Made by a program: the position numbers and the translations under genes | Shown: positions 28,031 through 40,269 of the stretch, piece by piece | How the letters are laid out: every line of letters starts with the position of its first letter | Numbering within the stretch: position 1 is the first letter of the stretch | The notes under the pieces: generated by a model | Databases searched by the model: none | What the model was told of the DNA's origin: nothing | The model's input: only the letters and a program-made list of their open reading frames with translations | Assembly: GCA_951406725.2 (NCBI GenBank) | Contig: OX597814.1 | Coordinates: forward strand, 155,992,001-156,056,000 | DNA from: Octopus vulgaris | Taxonomy: Eukaryota | DNA length: 64,000 nt | Direction: 5' to 3'

Positions 28031-29851
28031 CTGCGAATTTTGTGTTGAGAATGAAATTTTCCACAGACATTCCCCATGTGAAGATACATATGCAACGACA
28101 AACCTGCTGGAAAAATTTACTTTAATCGAGAGATGGGGAAAATAGTCGGCATAACTAACCTGTAACAGTTTGAAGGTTAAGCATTTCAAATGTACGTGAA
28201 CGCGAAGAAATAAGTCTGATGAGGAAACAAGATAGAGAAATACATAAAAAGCGACAAAATGCAAACAGCGAAGACAAACAATACAGTAAAATAATAAGAA
28301 AAACGAGGAAAACAATTTAGCAATAACATTCAAATTTAGCAATCACATCTAAGCTACATTTACATGTACTTTTACATTTATCCGTTAGATTCATTTATAG
28401 ACTATAAAAGCAATCTGATACCATCTAATGAGACTAAATCGTTACAGACCTAAATTATAACATTTTCAGTATGTTTCTAATGTGACAACAAATGATTTCC
28501 AATAATATAGTTACAAATCCTATTGTTGAAACATATTTCGCGCAATCAAGCAGTTGTGAAAATCATCAGAATCTGGTCTAGTAATAACTATATGTCTGTA
28601 TCCATCCATTCATTTATATAGATATTTGTATACATCAATAGCAGACGCTAGTGCATGCATCTGTGTCTCATGTGAATGCAAATGCATATATATGTGTGTG
28701 TGTGCGTGAGTACACGTTTGTGTGTAAGTAGACATTTTTTGTATGTATGTGTATGCGTTTATATTTAACAGTTTTAACCGAATCTATAACTTGACTTCAT
28801 ATAACTATACTTCCTTTACTTCACTTCATATTGAGCACCATTTCCCCAATGTCACTGGCCCACAATCAAGGTTTAGTTGTAATAAATTATAGTGAACTAT
28901 GTTAGCAATTACGTCCCTCTGTGAAGGAATGTTTGTATGTCTGTTTTCTTGTTGGTGGGTTTCAAATAATGTACACTTCTTTGATACTTAACGCTTAATG
29001 CATGATAGAAATATGAAATTTCAGGGACGTTTCCATCATGTCTCAAATATGGTTTATAACAACAGCCTTATTTTCGTATTTGGTAGTGTAATACGTAAAC
29101 ATTTCCACAAAATAGTATTTACTGATACCTTAAGGAAAAAAGAACAAGCTCGGAGCATTGTCAGAATGCCAATATATACTTATATAGAAGTGTTTATCTT
29201 AGTTTTAGTAAGATTATTAGAGCCTTCCTGAAAGTTATGAGGGAAAAAAGTCAGATCATGTGAATTTTCCGAATGCCCTCTCTCTACCCACTCGGGAAAA
29301 TTCTTTCCAATAAATCCTTATATGCTCTGAAGTCACAACACCTAAGCGGTATTTGTAGAACATTTTGTTAAAAAGTATCCATTTTTCTGGATTTTGTGAG
29401 ACAACAAAGGGGGTGGGCGTATAGATCTGTAGTAATGTCCTTTTATTTATACGATTTTTTCAATTGATATTTATTTCATTCATTGTTTGCAATGTTCTCT
29501 CTCCTCCTTTCTCCCGCTCTTTCTCTCTCTCCCTCACACACACACACGATACAAAGTTTACAGATTGGGTGCTGAACTGAAATCTCTATGCTGCTTTGGG
29601 GAGAAGGTAAATCTTGACAAACTCCTTCTCCATCTATTGTTGGACTACCGTGATGTTTGTTTTAAAAACAGAGATTATGATTGTGATAAAATAATGCAAG
29701 CAATATTTACTAAGCAAGTGGGCACTATAATAGAAAGAAATAATTAGACGTAAAATATAAAAACCGGAAATCAAATGTGAAAATATTACCTAGGCGCTAG
29801 CAGAAAACCGCCCAGTGGGTGTTCTTTCTGCTAGTAATTCTAATAAGCCTT

Positions 29852-30592
29852 GCTCTTATAGGCACAAGGCCTCTAATTTGTGGGGAAGCGGTTAGTTGAT
29901 TACACACGATCTCGGTGTCCAACTGGTACTTATTTTGTCGATTCCGAAGGACCAAATGACAAATTCGACCTCGGCGGAATTTGTACACTAAACATGAAGA
30001 CAAACGAAATACTGCTATGTATTTTATCTGGAGCCCTAATGATTCAGCCAGTTCACCGCCTTAATAATTACAATAACAATAACAAAGTAAATGAACATGA
30101 TTACAACACCAGTAATACAAAGCATTATAACAGTAGTGATAATAATAGTAATATTGGTTTCACATTCTGGCCCAAGGCAGCACAAGACCAGTGGGTAAGT
30201 CTATTACATTGACTCCAATATTAAATAGGTGCTTATTTTATCGAATTTAAAAGGGTCTAAGGCAAATTCGACCACGGCGGAATATGAACTCAGACGGACA
30301 AAATATCACTCAGTATTTCGCCCGGCGTGCTAATAATTCGGCCAGTTTGACGCTTTATATAATAATGATAATAATAGTGGTTTTAAATTTTGCCTCAAGG
30401 GAAGCAATTGTGGGGGAGGGGGACGAGTCGATTACAGTGTTCAACTGGTACTTATTTTATCCACTCTGAAAGGATCAAAGGCAAAGTGGACCTCGTTGGC
30501 ATTTGAACTTAGAATATGAAGACGAAGGAAATGCCGCTAAGGCTTTGCCAGGCGTGCTAAAGATGCTGCCAATTCTCTGCCTTCGCTGCCTT
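29852..30592 (-). mobile_element. Three head-to-tail SINE family A copies separated by (AAT)-rich linkers
   Basis: Core ...caaa(t/g)tcgacc(t/a)cggcggaat... at ~29960, ~30260 and ~30480. Heads end at ~30062, ~30355 and ~30592. Confidence 0.8.
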
Positions 30593-30700
30593 TAGAGTAA
30601 TGATGAAATTAACACGAGTAATAACGATAGAAACAACAGAAGTGATATTAATTGATGATAACGGTAATGATGACGATTTTGATAATAATAGAACAATAGT

Positions 30701-30808
<108 letters not shown>

Positions 30809-31186
30809 AGACCTGTAACCGTCATTAAATATGGTTGAGTGAGTTATAAACGCTTAGATTGCTAGAAATAAGTCTGTGTGTGTGTGCCAAGTTAAATATT
30901 ATCTATTATGTGTAGGTCAAGTTCAGATAATACAATATAATGTCGTAATATCGACAAAATTAATACTAATATCAGTATTTCTGATAATGATATATATTAA
31001 TGTGAGGCGATAATGTAGATATATGATAATAACACTAAGGAAGTTTAATTCGAAAAGTTACCAGAAATTTTAAAATATGCTATTTAGCAAATTATGGGAT
31101 TAATGTTGACTTGCAGAAGGCATTTCAGACTCCCTTCTCTGGCTATCATCCTATAAATATTATAAAATATTGTAGTCACAGTTTTA

Positions 31187-31400
31187 TTCACTATATTGAC
31201 CCACACCAGCAAAATGGGTCTCCGATAAGGCGTCGATGATCATTTTTTGCTTAGCATGTTGGATAAAGACAAAGCGCTTTTTCTTACACTCCAGTGGCCT
31301 ATCTGAAAATCCGACATGCAAGTTTTGAGAGTTGCTTGATGACAACCTGAAGCTCAGCAGCCTTTCCATGAAACCCTATGCTAGACCAAGCCTACGAGCT
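31187..31400 (-). mobile_element. RTE-clade LINE endonuclease N-terminal relic
   Basis: MIIDALSETHFAGVGQYSE matches the RTE motif IDIAALSETRL.G.GQL.E. Upstream SDRPLE resembles DRPERRTA. Confidence 0.6.
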
Positions 31401-32252
31401 CGAATCTCACGAAACTGTTTGGCGGCTTATAATATTTTGAGTGTTACATATTTCGTAAAGTCGATGTTGTGAAAGCATGTACCCTTAAAGGCATCACTAG
31501 CCATATAATGTTAAGATACTCCAATATAATTGAATGGGCGGTCTCAGTTAACAGGTAATACGTATTCAAGTGTAAGAATGAAAATTTTCATAATAAAATG
31601 AAGATGTTGTTTGAAAGTTCCACACTTGTCCATACGTAAAATCAAACATCGAAGCAAATACTAAGACGATTGTGCATTACAAGTAATAGTAGCAGATTAA
31701 AGATTATATCAGCTACCAGTTTTTTTTATTCAAAGTCACCCCTTCCCAGACAACTACTATCAACAAAATTAAGAGTACATGTTACACACTTTTCAGTGCT
31801 TCGCTTTACAGGTTTGAATATTTCTACGTTTCTGCGCACAATACGTGGATAACCGTTTGCCCATACATTGTTTGTTTTCTGCCATATCTTTACACCGTAG
31901 ACATTATGGAAGATGATAGGCGTGGGTAAGAGCAGAAAGTTCTTCCGAAGCGATGACGTACGAAAAGTAAATTTAAAACGAGAAAAAAAATCATACAGAT
32001 GCAAAGAAGAAATGTGGAGCAATATAGTACATGACTTCAACGGCCTTAAAACAAAGTTCTTAATAAAATCGTTACATAAAAATATGCTTTGTCTATGAGG
32101 CGTAGATTTGGCTCAATATAGTCAGGAGGTCATTGTCTGGTCGATACCAGATGCATAGGCAAAATTTGAAAGATAGAGAAATCAAGAAATGTATACAGGG
32201 GCGAGAGGAAATTGAAACACACATATACATTATACACACACATACACATATA

Positions 32253-32299
<47 letters not shown>

Positions 32300-32546
32300 A
32301 GTATACTCGTTTATTCTTTTACTTGTTTCAATCAATTTACTCCAGCCATGCTGGGGCATCGACTTAAAGAGTTTGTAATCGAAGAAATCGACCCCAGAAC
32401 TTATTCTTTGTAAGCCTTAGTACTTGTTCTATCATTCCCATTTGCCAAGCCGATAAGTTGCGGTGACATAAACTCAGCAACATCGGTTGTCAAGCAATGA
32501 TTAGATTGGGGACAAACACAAACACAGACACACACCTAAACATATA

Positions 32547-33817
32547 TCAGGTCATCCCATAAGTTCTGTCCGATTTTACCTTTTTTTAAATTGAATGAAA
32601 TTTAATAGTATTTTAGAATGTCTAATGGAATTAAAAACTATTTTCATGCATTTGTGTACATTTGAACTAATTAAATATTATTTTACAGAATAATAGAATT
32701 AAAATTTCTTTGATTAAAACCCATTCTAACATGAAAGTAACCAAAGAGCATTTAGGGCACGTAATGCTTTATGAGTACAAAAAAGGAAACTCTGCAACCG
32801 AAGCGACTCGAAACATACACTCAGTTTATGGGAAAGAATGCTTGGATGAAAGATGGCTTGCAAAATTCAGAAGCTGAGATTTCAGCCTTGAAGATGAAGA
32901 TCGAACAGGACGTCCAGTTCAGTTTGATGATAAGCTTCTTGAGGCATTACTTGAAGAAAATCCTGCATTATCAATTGAAGAATTGGCAATAAAGCTTAGT
33001 TCAAACCATGCAAGTGTTCATCGTCATCTTCAACAACTTGGAAAGGTTCCTAAACTTGGAAAATGAGTGCCTCATGAATTGTTCAAAAGCAACCACAAAT
33101 CCCAAGTTGACATCTGCTCTTCTCTCCATTCTCGCGAACTCATTTCACCCTTTTTTGATAGACTTGTGACTGGTGACGAAAAATGCATCTCCTATCGCAA
33201 TGTTAAACGTCGTAAACAGTGGCTTGGTAAAAGGGAAACAGCTCAATTTCAACCGGGAAGGGAACTTCATGAAAAAAAGGTTCTTTTCTCTATCTGGTGG
33301 GATTGCAAAGGAGTAATTAACTTTGAATTGTTACCACCTAATGCAACAATCAATGCTTAAGTCTACTGTAAACAATTGGAGCGTTTGAACCAAGCTTCGA
33401 AGAAAAGAAGACCCGCTTTAGTGAATCGAAATAGAGTGATGTTTCATCAGGACAATGCGCGACCCTACACTACAAAGATCACATTACAAAAGATCGAAGA
33501 GCGTGGTTGGGAGAATTTTCCTCATCTACCTTATTCTCCCGACCTTGCTCCTTCAGATTATTATTTGTTTTGTAGTTTACAGAATCATTTGGGTGACATA
33601 ACTTTCGCAAACCAGGAGGAGGCCGAAACTGACATTTCAGAGTTCTTCGCTTTGAAACCAAAAGAGTTTTACATCGATGGGATTAAAAAGCTTATAAATA
33701 GATGGCAGGAAGTCATAGATAATCAGGGAAAGTACATTGACTATTAAATTTCAATTAAATATTAACATTAGACACTTGTTTTCTTTATTCAAGATTCGGA
33801 CAGAACTTATGGGATGA
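32547..33817 (+). mobile_element. Mariner (Tc1/mariner, D,D34D) transposon, near full length (~1.27 kb)
   Basis: A 22-bp perfect inverted repeat tcatcccataagttctgtccga (32552-32573) pairs with tcggacagaacttatgggatga (33796-33817). TA at the left end. The outer 5 bp of the right TIR are replaced by (TA)n. Confidence 0.95.
32731..33747 (+). pseudogene. Mariner transposase pseudogene
   Basis: Single frame from ATG 32731 (MKVTKEHLGHVMLYEYKKGNSATEA...) with in-frame stops at 32875, 33064 (the W of WVPHEL) and 33358. Motifs TGDEK, HQDNARP and YSPDLAPSDY, with exactly 34 aa between the 2nd and 3rd catalytic Asp. Confidence 0.95.
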
Positions 33818-33840
33818 TATATATGTATATATATATTAAA

Positions 33841-34037
33841 TGTGACCGCGTGTGTACCGTTGGCGATTTATTTTCCTCTGTCTTCCCTTCTCTGGATCTT
33901 TCCTTCTATGCTTCCGACGAAGAGCTCCGCTCGAAACGTTAAACCCTCCTTCTTTCCTGAGCGTCCAATAATACTATATTTGTTCCACGTCCTCGCGTTG
34001 TTGTGTTTTTTTGTGCTTTCTTATTTGGATTAACTTT
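33841..34037 (+). mobile_element. Penelope-type pLTR-like repeat (same family as 16900-17108)
   Basis: Near-identical to 16900-17108. Flanked by (TA)n and contains a hammerhead motif. Confidence 0.6.
33910..33944 (+). ncRNA. Minimal type I hammerhead ribozyme-like motif (U4C, extra A after A9)
   Basis: GCUU-CCGACGA-A-GAGC-UCC-GCUC-GAAA-CG-UU-AAAC. Perfect 4-bp stem II, palindromic ACGU stem III, one mismatch in stem I. Confidence 0.55.
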
Positions 34038-34062
34038 ATATATATTTATATATAAATATATG

Positions 34063-34225
34063 ATAAAATATTAGGGAATAAATCCAAACTTACAGGGAAA
34101 AATCTTTATCTTTTATTAAACTTTTAATACTTTGATATATATTTAAAATAATATATTAATTAATTTTATGTATTGGCTTAAGTTTTTCATTGTTTGATTT
34201 GCCTAATAGTGGTTTTATCTCTAAT

Positions 34226-34232
<7 letters not shown>
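34063..34232. repeat. AT-rich repeat fragment shared with 37371-37485, internally inverted
   Basis: 34065-34104 is the reverse complement of ~37442-37481. 34205-34231 is a direct match to 37371-37398. Confidence 0.7.
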
Positions 34233-34307
<75 letters not shown>

Positions 34308-35670
34308 ATATACCTACAAGGTTTTACTCGCCCCGAGGCTCTGGTAGAAGACGCTTGCCCAAGGTGCCACACAATGGGACTGAACACGGAATCATGCAGT
34401 TGGGAAGTAAGCTTCTTGCCACATAACAAGGAAATATTTAAATAGGTTTCTCTGTATGTACATATGTATGCGAATTTATATTTGTTTTTGTGTATATGAA
34501 TTTGCCTATGTAGTTGTCTCTGATAATTTGTTTGAAAACAAGGCGTTACTTTGCGCATTAGAAAGTCAAATGTTGAACAAAAACAGTCGATAGCATAAGT
34601 AATCTTCCTAAGCGATATTTCCAATATATACTACATGCAATTTATATACTACATGTAATTTATATATACTAATTGTAATTTATCTATAATACGTATAATA
34701 TATTAAGTATACACAGGAATAATATGCATACATATATATGCACACCGACACACACGCGCACACACATATGCATGCGCGTGCAATTATACATACACACACA
34801 CACAAACACACACACATACACACACACACACACATACACACCCACACATATATATATATATATGTGTGTATGTGTGTGTGTGTGTGTGCATGTATATGAA
34901 AATGATGTACATAATATTTTTACGATTGACTACCTTCATGTCAGATTTTTGCTGCGATATGAGAAATTATGAATTGTTCCATACGAGTAGTTTGCAACGA
35001 ACTTCAGGGCATCCGAGAGGGCATTGCCCTACTTGTACAATCTTTCTAATTGCAGTAATAAAATATGCATAATGTTGGCTTTAGAAAAATCTCAACATTA
35101 AACTGGTCAACCGGATCTATGGTCGTCTCCTCATTTTTCCGAATATTAAATTGATTTCGATATTAAAACTCATTTTTAAGAGTAGTATGTACGTGCGTGT
35201 ATAAATAAAATAGACTCTCACGTCCTTCTTTACTGATCATGTAAAACGGAAGTTATTTTTGCTGATGTTTGCTGGACATTTTATGATAGATTGTTGATGA
35301 TTTTGTCCTATTTATCACCAATTATGCAAAACTATATCATTTTAACTCAACAGAACTACATAATTTATTTATACGCTGTAAGTTGCATTTTATGTATTTC
35401 CCGTGCAACACTTAGTTACTGATGCGTGTGAGCCTATAGTCTATAACGTAAATAGAGACATGACATGTATGAGTATTGGGGATGATTGAATATCTCGTGT
35501 ATCTAAGTTTTGGTAATCGGGTAAAATTTTACGAGAAAGAAAAACATTTGGCACGTTCCGCTGTTTCTTTCTTATCGTAGTTTTCTTCAAGATTTGACCA
35601 GATTTTCCATGTATATGCTATCTGCCACCTCTCTCTCTCTCTTTCTCTTTTTCACACACACACACACACA

Positions 35671-35714
<44 letters not shown>

Positions 35715-36097
35715 TTATCTTCCGTTTTCTTTTTTTAATCTCCTCTTCATTTCTTTCATTCTCTTCCTTTTTCCTTTTTAATCTCTTTTATTTACTTATG
35801 TCTCCATCACTTCCTCTTCCCTCATTTTCTCACTTCTCTCCTTTCTCTCTTGTACCTAGAATGGTTTCTTTTTGTTCTTTCCCTTTCTCTTTATTTTCCT
35901 CCCATGCATCATCATCCACCCAATAGTTATCTGTAAATTGATACAGTAAAGTTTTTCCGGATGATCTGTTGCATTTGGAACATCTATCGTAGAGCTTCAC
36001 ACGACTATAATGCTGAAATGGCCGTAAGAACTTGAATAGAAACTTGTGTTCATTCTTATGCTTCCGTTCTCTCTCTCTCTCTCTCTCTGTCTTTCTC

Positions 36098-36152
<55 letters not shown>

Positions 36153-36414
36153 TGTATATATATATTATGCAAGAAAGCGAATTGCTCTTTCTGTTTCTAT
36201 TATTCATCTTGTTATATATATAATCGATGAATATTCACGAATTTCTGGGTCTATATTCAGAAAAATGATCGATCTGACAGTAAAATAGCATGTGTTAGCT
36301 AATACCTGTAGACGAGCTTTCTAAAGTATAATACAAGATTTTATACCCAAAATAAATGGGCATGTATACATATATACATAAATATATACATACGTGTGTG
36401 TGAGCTATTTCGAA

Positions 36415-36562
36415 TATAACCAGCCAAAATTGCAAAGATAATCTGGAACTCGACTGAGGAAAAAAAACTTCGAATGACCCGTCCGTAATTTTTCTTGTCC
36501 CTCTTTTGTATCATCTGTCTGGATGTGTTGCGTATTTGTCTCATTTTTTGTGTATTCCTTTC

Positions 36563-36605
<43 letters not shown>

Positions 36606-37314
36606 TGAGAGATTTTGTACGACTCTCTTATTCATTCCTTCTTTCTTTCTATCAGCCCCTTTACACATACTTCATTCTTTCCACTCTTCTTTCTTTCGCT
36701 CTCCCTCTTACATTTCCTGGCTTTCTATTCATTCTTACCTCCCCCTCCTCTACTTTACTCTCTCATTTTTTTCTGGTTCCTCCCTAATTCTTCTGTCCCT
36801 CTGATTCTACTCCTCTTCTCACTCCCCACGTCAACCGGTGTTCGGCCAAGCCTGACCTTTATTTCTTGGTTTGACTGCCATCCATGCAACATCTATATTC
36901 CTTCCTATGCCTGTCATCTCTTCACTTTCAAACACGTCAGCTTAATTTAATCCATCCTAAGTCGAAAGACACCTGTTGTTATGTTCTGTTATTTGCATTT
37001 GTATTTGTGTACCCTTTCTCCATTTCTTTTTTTCCGTCCTTGTTTTCGTATATATTCGCTGCTTTCTTCCAATGAATCTAATGCTCTTAGCTTAGTTTTT
37101 CCTTGGGCTAGCCAGATTGGAGCAATCTCTAGTATAACCAGCCGAAATTGCAAAGATAATCTGGAACTCGACTGAGGAAAGAAAACTTCGAATGACCCGT
37201 CCGTGCTTTTTCATCTCCCTCTTTTGTATCATCTGTCTGGATGTTTTGTTGTCCCTTTTTTTGTATCATCTAGCGGTCTGGATGTTTTGCGTTCTTGTCC
37301 CATTTTTTGCATTG

Positions 37315-37320
<6 letters not shown>
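36415..37320 (+). mobile_element. Element with ~150-180-bp direct terminal repeats 718 bp apart (pLTR-like)
   Basis: tataaccagcc.aaattgcaaagataatctggaactcgactgaggaaa.aaaacttcgaatgacccgtccgt at 36415 and 37133. Each copy is followed by (TA)n. Confidence 0.6.
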
Positions 37321-37375
<55 letters not shown>

Positions 37376-37480
37376 GTGGTTTTATCTCTAATTTAATATA
37401 ATATAATATTTTACTATAAAATTGGATTCAATCCTAAATCTGATTTTTCCCTGTAAGTTTGGATTTATTCCCTAATATTT

Positions 37481-37541
<61 letters not shown>

Positions 37542-37544
37542 GGT

Positions 37545-37680
37545 GTTATGAAGAGTATTGAACCCTAAAAACCCTGCCAAAGCAGACAGTGAAGCCTGTG
37601 CCGACTTCTGCCAAGCCAGAACCTCTCAAACCGTCCAACCCATCCCAACCGGGAAAAATAGACATTAAATGATGATGACA
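37545..37680 (+). mobile_element. SINE/LINE 3' tail fragment ending in (TGA)n
   Basis: ...caaaccgtccaacccat...gacattaaatgatgatgac, a short-tandem-repeat tail typical of RTE-dependent SINEs. Confidence 0.45.
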
Positions 37681-38716
37681 AAAATGAACTAAAAGAAATA
37701 GCTCAGATTTGCCAGTAGCATGTATAGGAACAATACTGATAAGAAGAGTTATATCAATGACTTTTAGCTATTTTTTTTAATTCATACAAATTATATCGGC
37801 AATAAATGCATTATGCTCTTACTGTATATGAATTTGTCCCTCTTATTGTATGTGACTTTGTCCTCTGTAATTTCTTATAATACAGCGGTACGCAGTTGCT
37901 ATTTGGTAATAACGACGAATCCTCAGCAGACAGTGATGATTTTACTAAATCAAGGGTTTATGTTTCATAGCACTATAATTTTGTTGAAAATTTGTAGCTT
38001 ATTTCATGTTGTACTTGTAAATAATATTAGCGTCTAGTTTTAAGTGGAGTGTTTCGTTAGATTCTTTATCCGTAGCTGTTAGATATATTAAATTTTAATC
38101 TTTATTATTTACTCATGTTTTACTAAATTGTCTTTTTTCTTTACTTTCTACGTTGTTTATGTTCTCAACACGATTAACAGAGACGAATCCTTACTAGTTT
38201 TAATAACATTGAATCTTTTGAGTTTAAATTAACTCTTTTCATGTATCGCCCACATCCAAAACACTACGCATATATGATGTATAGAAGTGAATGCATTTGC
38301 AAATAAACGTTGTGTGTGTTTGTGTGTTTGCTTGTATGTGTGCGTGGGCGCGTGACTGTAAGTGTGAGTACATGCGTACCTTCTTCTTTCTCAGTGTGTT
38401 GAGTATGCTGGCTACATTTGTGTGTGTTTGCTCGTGTATGTGATCTTGAATGCGGAAAATTCACGAAATACACATGCTGGTTTAAAGCATGGCATGAACT
38501 AGAAGAACTGCGCATTTGAAAATACAAAAAAGCAAAAATGATGTCGTGATGAATAAAAAAAATAATAATAATTTCAAGTGATTCTGGAGATAAAAATCAC
38601 ATTTTGGTACTTGTAAGTAATCGTCAAAAGATTATTCCATGTTTTTTTTTTTAAAGTTTTTTTATAGAGTTTCAGTATTGGATCTGCTTAAACACATTGT
38701 AATATTTTGAGTATCG

Positions 38717-39464
38717 AAGGCGGCGAACTGGCAGAAACGTTAGCACGCCGGGCGAAATACTTACCGGTATTTCGTCTGCCGCTACGTTCTGAGTTCAAAT
38801 TCCACCGAGGTCGACTTTGCCTTTCATCCATTCTGGGTCGATTAAATAAGTACCACTTACGCACTGGGGTCGATATAATCGTCTTAATCCGTTTGTCTGT
38901 CCTTGTTTGTCCTCTCTGTGTTTAGCCCCTCGTGGGTAATAAGGAAATAGGTATTTCGTCTGCCGCTACGTTCTGAGTTCAAATTCCACCGAGGTCGACT
39001 TTGTCTTTCATCCTTTCTGGGTCGATTAAATAAGTACCAGTTATGCACTGGGTCGATATAATCTACTTAATCCGTTTGTCTGTCCTTGTTTGTCCCCTCT
39101 ATATTTAGCCCCTTGTAGGCAATAAAGAAATAAGAAAACATTAGCATGCCGGGCGAAAGGCTTACCGGTATTTCGTCTGTCTTTATGTTCTGAGTTCAAA
39201 TTCCGCCGCGGTCTACTTCTCCTTTCGTCCTTGCGGGGTCGAAAATTAAGTACTAGTTGCGTACTGGGGTCGATCTAATCGACTGGCCCCCTCCCCAAAA
39301 ATGTTGGGCCTTGTGCCTAGATTAGAAAAAAAACGTTAGCACCCGGTCGAAACGCTTAGCGGTATTTCATCTGCCACTACGTTCTGAGTTCAAATTCCAC
39401 CGAGGTCGACTTTGCCTTTCATCCTTTCGGGGTCAATAAAATAAGTATCAGTTACGCACTGGGG
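38717..39464 (+). mobile_element. Tandem array of four SINE family A-related units
   Basis: ggtatttc(g/a)tctg...gttctgagttcaaattcc.ccg.ggtc.ac recurs at ~38766, ~38951, ~39166 and ~39361. Confidence 0.9.
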
Positions 39465-39930
39465 AGGTATTGATAAATCGGCTATAGCTGATCATGAATG
39501 GAAAAATGGAGACCACCTCCCCCTGTGGGATGAAGTTAAAATAATAGACATCACTGGAAAATACGAAAACTAAAAGAAACAGCACATATGCTAGGACACA
39601 ACAACCTCCTAAGCAGAGCGAGTGCAGATATGAGCAGCATATGGGAACCGGTATTAAGGAACGATAGAAAAATATTAAATTTATTAACCCCAAAATTTAC
39701 TCCATAATTGTCCACGGTCATATGGCGTAGTGGTTAGGAGCACTGGCTACTAACCCCATGATTCCGATACCTTAGGGATAAGAACCCAGGTTCGAAATTT
39801 CCCCAAGACATCTGAAGAAGGCTGGAGGGTATATTAGCCGAAACGTTGTGTTAACAACAAACAGCATGAGGACAAATATCCGTCGAATGTAAATAATGTA
39901 CTTAATTCCTCATCTCTTAAATATAGAGTT
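39463..39930 (+). mobile_element. Penelope-like element 3' part: GIY-YIG endonuclease C-terminus, tRNA-like segment and hammerhead
   Basis: GGIDKSAIADHEWKNGDHLPLWDEVKIID / HWKIRKLKETAHMLGHNNLLSR...IWEPVL (one frameshift, stop at 39705-39707) matches the PLE GIY-YIG tail SA+AxH...GH...W+.+KI+D...R...EA. Confidence 0.8.
39807..39852 (+). ncRNA. Minimal type I hammerhead ribozyme motif
   Basis: GACAU-CUGAAGA-A-GGCUG(gagggtatat)UAGCC-GAAA-CG-UU-GUGUU. Intact CUGANGA and GAAA cores, 5-bp stems I and II (with GU pairs), palindromic ACGU stem III. Predicted cleavage after 39847. Confidence 0.7.
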
Positions 39931-40269
39931 GAGGATGAAATTTTAAAATTAAATCTATCACGCAGTAGATTTTATTTTTTATTATCGTGCGTTATAAGTA
40001 GTGTTAATTTATTTATTTTTCATTTATTGCACACAGTTTATATTTCTGAACAACGCATGTTTCAGAAGCGTTTATTTCTAGAGCAATATAACATCATATT
40101 TTCCTTTGTATTTGTGTGTATATGTGCGGTATGCGTTTTTCATACTTGTTAGTGAGTGTGTTGTGCGTGTTTATACATGCGCACTTGGATATATATAATT
40201 CATGTTCCACCATGTGCAAGCGTACATACTGAATTATTTCTCAGAACATACTACGTTCGTCTCCTTGCA

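Larger units (their letters stand above)
32305..34425 (-). mobile_element. SINE family B split by a mariner and Penelope-type inserts
   Basis: Tail half 32305-32540 (cagccatgctggggcatcg...catcggttgtcaagc) and head half 34315-34425 (cttgcccaaggtgccacacaatgggactgaac). Confidence 0.7.

Noticed and set aside
31901-31925. Possible 25-nt micro-exon (pyrimidine tract, TAG|ACATT...CGTGG|GTAAGA)
   Set aside because: The length is not a multiple of three, there are no partner exons, and such signals arise by chance in 64 kb. RNA-seq would be needed.
39712-39765. tRNA gene
   Set aside because: Only the 5' half (A-box, D-arm-like) is present, with no T-arm or acceptor 3' strand. It is treated as a SINE-derived head.
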